Part shown: piece after piece, positions 16,274 to 24,902 of the stretch
How the letters are laid out: the number at the start of each line of letters is the position of its first letter
Numbering within the stretch: position 1 is the first letter of the stretch
Source of the DNA: a virus
IMG/VR virus record: IMGVR_UViG_3300010885_052266
Coordinates: 36,880-100,879 of that record
Length of the DNA: 64,000 bases
Strand: one strand, 5' to 3'
Made by a program: the position numbers and the translations under genes
The notes under the pieces: generated by a model
Databases searched by the model: none
What the model saw: only the letters and a program-made list of their open reading frames with translations
Told to the model about the DNA's origin: nothing

Positions 16274-19200
16274 TTAAGCTCCGATCAGACCGTGGGTGGT
16301 CGCCGCCGCTTGAAGGGCCATCACGCGGCCGGCGAGCTGCGCCAGCGTGACAGTGGCCGTGTCGTAGACCGTCGCCTTGTTGGTGGTCCCGGTCATGGCG
16401 GCCCAGCCGGTGTCGTGGGCGCCGACCACCTGCGTGCCGTTGATCTGTAGCACTTTCCCGGACGCGAGGTTGATATGGTCGAGTGCGCTGATGATGCCCG
16501 TGCCCTTGGCATCCAGGATCAGGTTTACATCGGCATTCGCGCCGAGAGCCGAGACGGTCACCCCATTGCCGGTGGCGCCGCCGGTGATCGCGACGTAGTT
16601 GACAGCGGACGCGGTGTTGGTGACGGCCAACTGGACGCCGCCTGACGCCGCAAAGGTCATGCCGCCCGTGCCGCCTCCAGCTATCGCAATAGCCGTACCG
16701 CTTGTCGTGTTAGGTGTTATCGACACCGTATTGCCGGACGATCCGATAGTTACCACACCATTCGGCGATATGCTCAGCGCCGACACTGGCGGTGCAGCAT
16801 TGGAGGTTAAAAAATCCAATGTAATCTGATTGCTGCCATTGTTAGTAGCTCTAATCAATGCGTCGCGTGTATTTACGCCGTTGTTCCCCGGATCGAGCGA
16901 AATTGCAACCGCAGTGCTGGCCGTCAAAGAGGCATTTATTAACCTCATCGAATAAATTGTCGCCCCCGCAGCGGTTCCACTGACTTGAACCGGACCCGAA
17001 GCGGTCAGCAACCCAGCCGAATGCGTGAGGGTGTAATTGCCCGCGTTGAAGTTGATAACCGCGCCCGAGGCCAAAAACGCATCCGCCCACATGAGCGACG
17101 TTGTTCCGAGCGCGGTGCCGTCTGAAACTGCTGGCGAAAGTGCCGACAATGTTAGCTGCATCTCGGCCGCGCTGTTGACCGCCCATCCAAGGGTATTCGC
17201 CGCAGGTAGGTACATACCATTGGTCGGCACGGTTGAACTGGACGGTATGAACGCCGTTGCAGTGAATGCAGCCGACCCGGTGACGGCTGGAGTGATCGCT
17301 ACGACACCAGACCCCTTAGCATTTAGGATCAGGTTGATATTAGTGTCACTGCCAAGCGCTGATATCGTCACGCCGCTCCCGGTAGCACCCCCCGTCAGGC
17401 TTGCATAATTAACAGAACTGGCGGTATTCGTGATCTGGAATTGGATTCCCCCCGCTGTGGCAAAGTTTATACCACCCGTGCCAGCGCCCGTGATGGTGGC
17501 TGCCGTGGACGACGACGTGTTCGGCGCGATTGTGATCGTGTTGCCAGACGCACCGAACGTGGTGATCCCGGCGGCGTCGATCACCACCCGGTCCACCAGT
17601 GTCGTGGTGCCGAGGGTCGTCGTGCTGAAAACGATCGCCGTGCCATGCGCCGTCCCCGACCACGCCTCGTCGGTTCGCAACGCTATACGGACCTGCTCAC
17701 CGCTGTAGGCCGATCCGTCGTACCCTCGACCCGATATCGACCCCAAAATACTGCCGGTGCCGAGGCCAACTGGAGCCGCATTCGTGCCTAGCGATTTCCG
17801 GAATGTCAGGTATCCCTGCCCGGCGAACGTATCGACCAACAGGTATGCGTTGGCAGAATCCGCCTGAGTGGCCCGGAAGACCGTGCCGGACAGGTTCCCA
17901 GGAGCGGTCGCGGCGTTCAGGTTTAGAGCAATCGAGCCCAGGGCCTGGATCATGTGGACGCCGTCGTCCGCCACACCGCCTACCAACATCCGTCCCGCGC
18001 TGGTCAGCGCCCATTTTTCGAGAAAAGTGTTGGCCGTCGCGGCTTGGAAGATCGAGAACCGAGACGCGCCCCCGAGGGTGGACTCCGCGACCGGGCCGAT
18101 CCGCACGCGCCCGCCCGGTCCGCCGGTCGAAACATCAAGGCTATTAAATTCGAGTTTTGCCCAAAGGTTCCCCGTGTCCCAGCCCGAGCCATTGGCTGAG
18201 TCCACGATCACAATACCGTTCGCGACGGCTGTCCCGGACGTGCCGTTTGACGCCGTGTTGATCGTCAGAAGTCCACCGTTCGAGCCAGACGGTCCGACAA
18301 GAACCAGTGTCGATGACGTGATAGTCATCGCCGCAGACCCCGAGGTGGCTGATCCGCCTGACACCACAATACGAGCGTCGTAGTCAGGCGAAGATGCACT
18401 CGAATGGAAGTCAATGAACGGCGTTGACGTGCCGACACGTCCCGTCAAACCTATTTCGATGCTACTCGACCCGAAATGTACTTGATTATCTGTGCCGTAG
18501 TAGGCGAATACGGCTCCGTCCGAGCGGAGGCTGCTACCCGCATATACTGTCCCTACCACCCCCAACCCACCAGCAACAGTCAGGGCGCCCGTGGTGGAAG
18601 AAGTCGACGCCGTGGTCGGTTTCACCGCGATGACCGTTGATGTTCCGGTCAGGATCTGCGTCGTGTTGGCCGCCAACGCCACCGTGTTCCCCGAGGACAG
18701 ATACATCCCGTTCACCGGGACGGTGCTCCCGGTCACGATCAGGGACGCAGCCGTAGCCGAACCCGTCACCCCTAGCGTGCCGCCCACCGTCGTCGCACCG
18801 CCGCTGCCCTGGATCGCCAGGACCGACACCCCGGACTTCGTCAGATTGACGGTCAGCCCGGCCCCGTAGCTTCTCCCGATCCGGATCAGAGCCTCGGTCG
18901 CCACGTTGGTTTCGGTCGATGCGGAGGCGGTCCACGCCGATCGAAAGAGTTCGACGCCGTCCGGGATCGTCGTGGTGATGGTGCCGCCCGAGACGTAGGC
19001 GGTCCACCCCGAGGCGTTGATCGTGCCCCCCTCGGCGGTCTGCAACTCGAACGTGTTCGTGGTCGCGTTTGCGACGCGATAGGAAATCTTGATCGTCCCA
19101 CCACCCGTATAGGTGCCGAAATTCGTGGTATCGACCGCAACCCCGCTCGGATAGGTCAGTGTGAACGTGTCGTTCGTCCGGTTCGCCACGACATAGTACG

Positions 19201-22200
19201 GATTGCCCACCAGCTGATACATTGACGTTTTGGAGGTAGAGCTGCCGAACCCGCTCAGTCTCACCCTTGCGCCGTTGGGCAGGCCGTGCCCTGTCTTGGT
19301 GAATACTCCCGGGTTGGCCTGGGTGACCGACGCGATGGTCTGCTGGTTGACCTGCGTCATGCCGACGACTGCCGTGGCATCGAACACGGTGCCGTTTGCC
19401 AGCCCGTGCGCGTTTGACGTCACGACCGGCGGGTTGGCCGCTGTGATCCCGGTGATGGTCTTGTTGATGACCGAGGTCACCTTGATGAACACATCGCCTC
19501 CGGTCTTGACCAACGAGCCAATCCAGTAGCCGGTACCGGGCGTAGAGCCGATCGAGACCGTCGCGGTCTTGAACCTGTTGACATTCAGGCTGGCGCCGGT
19601 CGACGTTCCGGTCAGGGCGACATAGCCGACTTGTAGCTCGCCGCCGTACGTGCCTTGAGTCAGCTCTCCACCGTCCCACTGCATGATCTGCCCGGTGAAG
19701 ATCGCCTCCCGGAAGTGAAAGCCCTTCGCGAGTTGTGCCGGGGCGTTGATGTAGTCAGACCCGCCCGTCAGGTGCATCAACACCCCGTCGGAAGCGGCAG
19801 GGAAGGCCGACCCGTACGTTGCTACGGCAAATATGGTCTTGAAGCGGCCGTTGTATTTATCCGGAGCTGCGGCCGTACCGGCGTTCGAAACGCTTATCGC
19901 GGTCCAGTCACGCACTGGCTGAACCGCATGATCACCGATTGTCGTGATGAGAAGACCGGTACCGTTGACGAAGCTCGTCCCGACGACGGCCATCAAGTCG
20001 ATTTCCATGCCGGTCAGGCCGCGGCGAAAGGTCGCCCCTGCGTTCAAGGTCGCCTGGAGGTTGGCAGCGTAGATGTTGCCCCACCCGTAATTGTTATCTA
20101 AGCCAAAGCCTTCAGCAATCCCACCGGCGTTGTTCGACGCGTTGTGCGAGAATTTCCCGCCGATCATGCCGGTGGAGTCGTTGATCAGCTGGGTGTCGCC
20201 CATTTCCGATATCGACGCGTCGATCGCGGTGCGGCCGCCGTTGTACCCTGCGTTCAGGATGCCGGCGATATTCAGGTAATCGAGCGAACCGCCGGTCAGC
20301 AGCTTGGCTGTGTCGTCGAGAGACCCCATGCCGACATAGTAGCCGGAGGTCGTGCTGACGCCAGAATAGGACGACTTGAAAAACGCGAGAGGCGGCACTA
20401 CCGACGCCGTCGAAGCTAAGGTGAGGGCCGGATAATGCGAGGTATATGTGGAGAAGCTCCGCGCCTTGACCCCCCCCTTTACGTCTACGTTGAGCGCCTC
20501 TGTGGTCGCAAGGTCCGGCCCAAAGTAGGCCATGTGCGGGTCAGCCAGCGTCCCCAGGTTGCGGCGCAGGTCCAGCATGGTTTCCCCCGCGCCGCTCTGG
20601 TTGTATATACTGGCCTGGAATCTTTGGGAGAACTCCACGGAGACGGTGGCGCCGGTCAGCCCGCCGCCCGTGACCGGCTCAACGGCGAGACTGGTCGGCA
20701 GCACGCTATAGTTGCCCTGCACGGTGATCGTCAGTGCCCCGGTCAGCGCTCCGTCGCTGATCGTGCCCGTGGCCTGGAACTTCGTGCCTGTGCCGGTCGT
20801 GCCGGTCACCGTCACGGCACCGTTCGACCCGCCAGAACCGCCCGATACGACAGTGGCCGAAATCACATTCGTAGTCGGCGGCGTCCGGATCTTCGCTTTG
20901 CGGGTAGACCCGGTGTACCATTCGATGGCGCGGTCCGCCGTGCCGTCGCCGACCAGCTTCAGGGTCGATGACGTCCCGGAGGAGCGCCCGATCGCCAGGC
21001 TCCCCACGACCTCGGTTGCCCCGCCGCTGGTGTTCAGCGACAGCGTGTTGGCCGCGGCCCAGGTCGGGGTCAGCACGGCACCACTGCCTGAGCCGCCGCT
21101 GACCGTGATTGTGCCTGGCGCGGCCGCGGAGACGTCCGGGGCCAGCACGGACACGGTGAGCAGGCCGATGCCCAGCGAGACCGTTGTCCCGACCAGACTC
21201 CCGCCCGTGACAGGCTCGACGGCCGTGTTGGTCGGATTGACCGTGTAATTGCCCACCACCGTCACGGTCGGCACCAGGACCAGCGAGACCGTTGCCCCGG
21301 TCAGCCCGCCGCCCGTAACGGGCTCGACAGCGGCATTGGTCGGGGCAACGGTGTAGGCGCCCACCACCGCCACGATGAGCGCGCCGGTCAGCACCCCAGA
21401 GCCGTTGATCGTGCCCGTGGCCTGGAACCGGGTTCCTGTCCCGGTCGTTCCGGTCAGAGTCACCGCCCCTGGCGTGCCGCCGGTGCCGCCCGCCACCACT
21501 GCCGCGGACAGCACCTGGTTCCCACCCAACACCCCGCCGGCCGATATGATGCCCGTCGCTTGGAACTTCGTCCCGGTGCCGGTCGTGCCGGTCACGGTAA
21601 CCGCCCCTGGCGTGCCGGAGCCGCCGCCGGCGACGATGCGCGCGTTCAACACCTTGGTATTGGTCACGCGATACTGCGACCGCACGCCCGAGGTCAGCTC
21701 GGCATAAAGGATGTCGCCCGGGTAGTAGTTCCCCACGCCAGCCGCGCCTGACCCGGCGGTTGAGACGGAAACCGCGCTGACCTTGGCGAGCGGGATATCA
21801 ATCTCGATCCCGCCCGCGACCTGCTTGATGAACAGGTTGGCCGAGCGGAACTGGCCTGTCCCGTCGATCGAGGCGCCGGGGACATGGATGGAGTGGCCTG
21901 ATTGCTGGGAGAAATTGACGTTGCCGAACGCCACGCCCCGGGTAGCAAGGGGCGGCGGCAGGATGGCGTTCAGGGTCGCCCCGTCGCCGTTGTTCGTCTG
22001 AAAATTAGCGGTGATGAGTTCGGCCGTGGCTGCCATGGCCCAGCGACGGTCCCGCGTCCCGAACGCGATGCCTTGCGCCCAGGTGGCGGTCGCTCCGACC
22101 CCGTCGACCGCAATGGCCTCGCCGTCGATCGCGAAGACGATGTTACTCCGGCTCGCGGCGGTCCGATGCGCGGCGAGCAGGGTGACCCCGATCCCTCGCG

Positions 22201-23578
22201 CGTCCCGCACGCTGGCGCCGGAGCGGATCGCCAGACCGGCCTCGCCCCAGGCGGCGACCTCCGCGTAGTTCGTCGCACCTGAGTTCAGCGTGATCTGAGG
22301 ACGCAGGGTGTGCACCGATCCGGCCGCGCCAGTCGTAAGGTCCGTGCCTCCCTGGCTGTAGGACCAACTCGACGTGAACTTGCCGATCGCGTGCAGCATG
22401 TCGCCGCGCACACCAATGGCGCCGGCCTGGGTCAGGGCGACCCGGAACGGAACGCGCCCGCCCTTGGCTGATCCGCCGCCCACCGTGTGCCCCACGAGCA
22501 GGACGCCAGCCCCTGTCGCTGCGTCGGGCGTGATGTCGGCAGTATCGGCCGAGATGGCGAGCTGGTGCAGCGCGTCCGCTGTGGTCCCGGTATAGGTCGC
22601 CCCGGTTGTGTTCCAGGCCATAGCGAGAGCGGACACGGCATGGACGCTGGACTTGCCGGTCAAGTCATAGGTGGCAGCGGGACTCTGATACGCGACGGCC
22701 GACAGGACGTTTCCGACCGTCACCGTGCTGGGAGAGGCAGCGCCTGGCGTGTTAAGGCCGGTGTTCGGTTGCACGATGAGCGCCGAGACGGAACCGGACA
22801 CCCCGACCCGCAGACGATACCCGTTGGGGACCCGCAGGGCCATCTCGCGACCCGCCGGCACGGTCAGGGCCACCCCGACGATCGAGGAGACGGTCTCGTT
22901 GGCGATCGTGAGCGGCGCGGTGCTTGAGTTGAGCAGCGTGGTGGTCCCACCCACCGAGAGGGTCGTGCCGATCGTCGCGGCGTTCGCGATGACCAGGCCC
23001 GTGCCAGACCCGTTGCCCGTGATGGTCCCGGACGCGGTGATGGCCGCTGCCGTCGTGGTGCCCGCAATCGCCAGGGTCGAGGACAGCGACACGGGATGCG
23101 AGAACTGGATTGCCCCCGAGCCGCTGCGGGTAATCAAGACGGGGTTGGAGCTGGTCGCGCCAGGGGCAATCGAGAGCGTGTTTCCGGTCGTGCCGACCGT
23201 CACGCCGGAGTTGCTGGATACCGTGCCGGAAGAGCCGGTCGTGCCTTTGATCGAGCCGATCAGGTTCCAGGCCCCGAGCGTCTTCTGGTAGACGTTCCCG
23301 GTCACGATATCGAGATTGTAGTCGTAGTCCGCCCCGGTATCGGCCGACGGGGCGCCCGACGAATGGAGCCACGTGGCCGAGGTCGCATCGATCACGCCGT
23401 CCGAACTGATCGAGACGTTGTGGCCGGGCCGCACGAGATGCGACCTGATCTGCGAAAGCGAGGCGCGCCGGCCCGTCGAGACGCCGCTGACCACCTGGAT
23501 CAGCAGCGTCTGGTCGGTATTGGCCAGCGTCGAGGCGGCGTCCAGTGCGTCGAACTGGATCAGGGTCGTATCGGCCAC
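16274..23578 (-). CDS. Giant tail fibre / receptor-binding protein (2434 aa)
   Basis: G/T/S/A-rich beta repeats, FCCH-like domains, C-terminal QINGTQVVG...GWAAMTG...HGLI motif; GTG start after GGAG. Confidence 0.85.
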   Translation of the reverse strand: MADTTLIQFDALDAASTLANTDQTLLIQVVSGVSTGRRASLSQIRSHLVRPGHNVSISSDGVIDATSATWLHSSGAPSADTGADYDYNLDIVTGNVYQKTLGAWNLIGSIKGTTGSSGTVSSNSGVTVGTTGNTLSIAPGATSSNPVLITRSGSGAIQFSHPVSLSSTLAIAGTTTAAAITASGTITGNGSGTGLVIANAATIGTTLSVGGTTTLLNSSTAPLTIANETVSSIVGVALTVPAGREMALRVPNGYRLRVGVSGSVSALIVQPNTGLNTPGAASPSTVTVGNVLSAVAYQSPAATYDLTGKSSVHAVSALAMAWNTTGATYTGTTADALHQLAISADTADITPDAATGAGVLLVGHTVGGGSAKGGRVPFRVALTQAGAIGVRGDMLHAIGKFTSSWSYSQGGTDLTTGAAGSVHTLRPQITLNSGATNYAEVAAWGEAGLAIRSGASVRDARGIGVTLLAAHRTAASRSNIVFAIDGEAIAVDGVGATATWAQGIAFGTRDRRWAMAATAELITANFQTNNGDGATLNAILPPPLATRGVAFGNVNFSQQSGHSIHVPGASIDGTGQFRSANLFIKQVAGGIEIDIPLAKVSAVSVSTAGSGAAGVGNYYPGDILYAELTSGVRSQYRVTNTKVLNARIVAGGGSGTPGAVTVTGTTGTGTKFQATGIISAGGVLGGNQVLSAAVVAGGTGGTPGAVTLTGTTGTGTRFQATGTINGSGVLTGALIVAVVGAYTVAPTNAAVEPVTGGGLTGATVSLVLVPTVTVVGNYTVNPTNTAVEPVTGGSLVGTTVSLGIGLLTVSVLAPDVSAAAPGTITVSGGSGSGAVLTPTWAAANTLSLNTSGGATEVVGSLAIGRSSGTSSTLKLVGDGTADRAIEWYTGSTRKAKIRTPPTTNVISATVVSGGSGGSNGAVTVTGTTGTGTKFQATGTISDGALTGALTITVQGNYSVLPTSLAVEPVTGGGLTGATVSVEFSQRFQASIYNQSGAGETMLDLRRNLGTLADPHMAYFGPDLATTEALNVDVKGGVKARSFSTYTSHYPALTLASTASVVPPLAFFKSSYSGVSTTSGYYVGMGSLDDTAKLLTGGSLDYLNIAGILNAGYNGGRTAIDASISEMGDTQLINDSTGMIGGKFSHNASNNAGGIAEGFGLDNNYGWGNIYAANLQATLNAGATFRRGLTGMEIDLMAVVGTSFVNGTGLLITTIGDHAVQPVRDWTAISVSNAGTAAAPDKYNGRFKTIFAVATYGSAFPAASDGVLMHLTGGSDYINAPAQLAKGFHFREAIFTGQIMQWDGGELTQGTYGGELQVGYVALTGTSTGASLNVNRFKTATVSIGSTPGTGYWIGSLVKTGGDVFIKVTSVINKTITGITAANPPVVTSNAHGLANGTVFDATAVVGMTQVNQQTIASVTQANPGVFTKTGHGLPNGARVRLSGFGSSTSKTSMYQLVGNPYYVVANRTNDTFTLTYPSGVAVDTTNFGTYTGGGTIKISYRVANATTNTFELQTAEGGTINASGWTAYVSGGTITTTIPDGVELFRSAWTASASTETNVATEALIRIGRSYGAGLTVNLTKSGVSVLAIQGSGGATTVGGTLGVTGSATAASLIVTGSTVPVNGMYLSSGNTVALAANTTQILTGTSTVIAVKPTTASTSSTTGALTVAGGLGVVGTVYAGSSLRSDGAVFAYYGTDNQVHFGSSSIEIGLTGRVGTSTPFIDFHSSASSPDYDARIVVSGGSATSGSAAMTITSSTLVLVGPSGSNGGLLTINTASNGTSGTAVANGIVIVDSANGSGWDTGNLWAKLEFNSLDVSTGGPGGRVRIGPVAESTLGGASRFSIFQAATANTFLEKWALTSAGRMLVGGVADDGVHMIQALGSIALNLNAATAPGNLSGTVFRATQADSANAYLLVDTFAGQGYLTFRKSLGTNAAPVGLGTGSILGSISGRGYDGSAYSGEQVRIALRTDEAWSGTAHGTAIVFSTTTLGTTTLVDRVVIDAAGITTFGASGNTITIAPNTSSSTAATITGAGTGGINFATAGGIQFQITNTASSVNYASLTGGATGSGVTISALGSDTNINLILNAKGSGVVAITPAVTGSAAFTATAFIPSSSTVPTNGMYLPAANTLGWAVNSAAEMQLTLSALSPAVSDGTALGTTSLMWADAFLASGAVINFNAGNYTLTHSAGLLTASGPVQVSGTAAGATIYSMRLINASLTASTAVAISLDPGNNGVNTRDALIRATNNGSNQITLDFLTSNAAPPVSALSISPNGVVTIGSSGNTVSITPNTTSGTAIAIAGGGTGGMTFAASGGVQLAVTNTASAVNYVAITGGATGNGVTVSALGANADVNLILDAKGTGIISALDHINLASGKVLQINGTQVVGAHDTGWAAMTGTTNKATVYDTATVTLAQLAGRVMALQAAATTHGLIGA

Positions 23579-23647
23579 GGCCTACTCCGAGACGGTCAGG
23601 GTGCTCATGGCCCGAAGGCGAACATCCCCGGTCGCCGGCTCAAGGCT

Positions 23648-23788
23648 TCAACGCAGAAGGTGAGCGATCCAGATTGCCGGGGCGGGGTTGAAGGTCAGAA
23701 ACATGCTGACGGTGACGCCACCGAAAGCGGCCCAGTCCCTGACGCGCCGCCATGGCTTTTCGGCGTGGTATTCGGCGAATCGCCGCAT
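23648..23788 (-). CDS. Small membrane protein
   Basis: RBS GGAGGGAG; hydrophobic C-terminus. Confidence 0.4.
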   Translation of the reverse strand: MRRFAEYHAEKPWRRVRDWAAFGGVTVSMFLTFNPAPAIWIAHLLR

Positions 23789-23799
23789 CGCTCCCTCCA

Positions 23800-24063
23800 T
23801 CAATGCAACTGCGTCCAGACCCAGGCGGCGAAGGCTGCCGCGCCCCCCAACAGTGCGCTGCTGACTGCCCCGATGGCTCCCTTGGTCAGCACGCCGCCGA
23901 TCCACCGCAAGGCGATCCCGCCCCAATTGAGCCAGGTCAGAAGGCATCGCAGCAGCCTGATGTCGTCGGTTGATAGCGTCCGGGAGGCCGGTGCCCCGCG
24001 ATCCTGATTTTGTCGTCCATTGTTGTCGGTGCCCCTCAGCTGGTTGTCCTTATCGTCGCCCAT
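23800..24063 (-). CDS. Small membrane protein
   Basis: C-terminal TM segment GAIGAVSSALLGGAAAFAAWVW. Confidence 0.55.
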   Translation of the reverse strand: MGDDKDNQLRGTDNNGRQNQDRGAPASRTLSTDDIRLLRCLLTWLNWGGIALRWIGGVLTKGAIGAVSSALLGGAAAFAAWVWTQLH

Positions 24064-24084
24064 TCCGTGCCCCGCCTGAACGCG

Positions 24085-24708
24085 CTAAGGCGTGGGCCAG
24101 ATCACCGCGCCCACAATGGAAGAGATTTCATCGCCGTCGGTCGCTTGCGCAATTCGGAGCTTGGCCTCACGCCGGAGCGCCTTGATCTGGGCGCCCGCGC
24201 TGTGCCAGGCGGCCCGCGCGGCCAGGGTAGCCTCCGCTATCTCGCGGATCGATTTCTCACGCCCGACCGCGGCCTGGGCGGCCTGCTCAGCGACGAGCCA
24301 GGGATAGTCGGCAGGGTCGAGGGGATCGGCCGCGGCCAGGGCACGCTCCGCGTCCGCCGCGCTGGCCTCGTATTCCAGGGATTGGCCCGCGCCGGGAGTG
24401 AGCCAACGCTGCCGCGCTCTTTCGGCTTGGGTGTCGATGTCTCGCTCCGCGCGAGAACGGAGCACCGACAGGGTGGGATCGGCTCGCGGCGCGGGAATCA
24501 ACTCACCTTCCACGAGCCGCCAATTGGTGGAGCCGTCGAGCCGGGCCGCCTGGGCCGCTAGCAGGGGGATCAGGTCCGGCTTACGTTCCCACCGGCCCGA
24601 GGCAGCGTCGGGCGACGTGTACCCGATGTTCGTCAGCTGTCCGTCAGGCGCGACTCTGACGAAACAAACCTTTCCGTCGGCGCCGATATAGTCGGTCCAA
24701 TCCATCAC
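24085..24708 (-). CDS. Tail fibre assembly-like protein
   Basis: IDTQAERARQRWLTPGAGQSLEY...YPWL...IKALRREAK...IW. Confidence 0.65.
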   Translation of the reverse strand: MMDWTDYIGADGKVCFVRVAPDGQLTNIGYTSPDAASGRWERKPDLIPLLAAQAARLDGSTNWRLVEGELIPAPRADPTLSVLRSRAERDIDTQAERARQRWLTPGAGQSLEYEASAADAERALAAADPLDPADYPWLVAEQAAQAAVGREKSIREIAEATLAARAAWHSAGAQIKALRREAKLRIAQATDGDEISSIVGAVIWPTP

Positions 24709-24902
24709 CGCTTGATCACCATCCCGACCATATGTACTTCTTTGATGGTGGAATCCGCACTCGCTCCATCGTATTTCATTTGGACGTCGTAGTCATAAGT
24801 CCCAGCAGCGGGGAAATCTATCTTGAACGAGCAAGAATCCGCTGCGACGTACGGGCCTAAGACAACCTGCCCATCAGACCGCAGCACTCTATAAACGATC
24901 AT
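24705..24902 (-). CDS. Small protein resembling the second half of the J C-terminal beta domain
   Basis: ATGA overlap with the J stop; PAAGTYDYDVQMKY...MVIKR. Confidence 0.55.
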   Translation of the reverse strand: MIVYRVLRSDGQVVLGPYVAADSCSFKIDFPAAGTYDYDVQMKYDGASADSTIKEVHMVGMVIKR

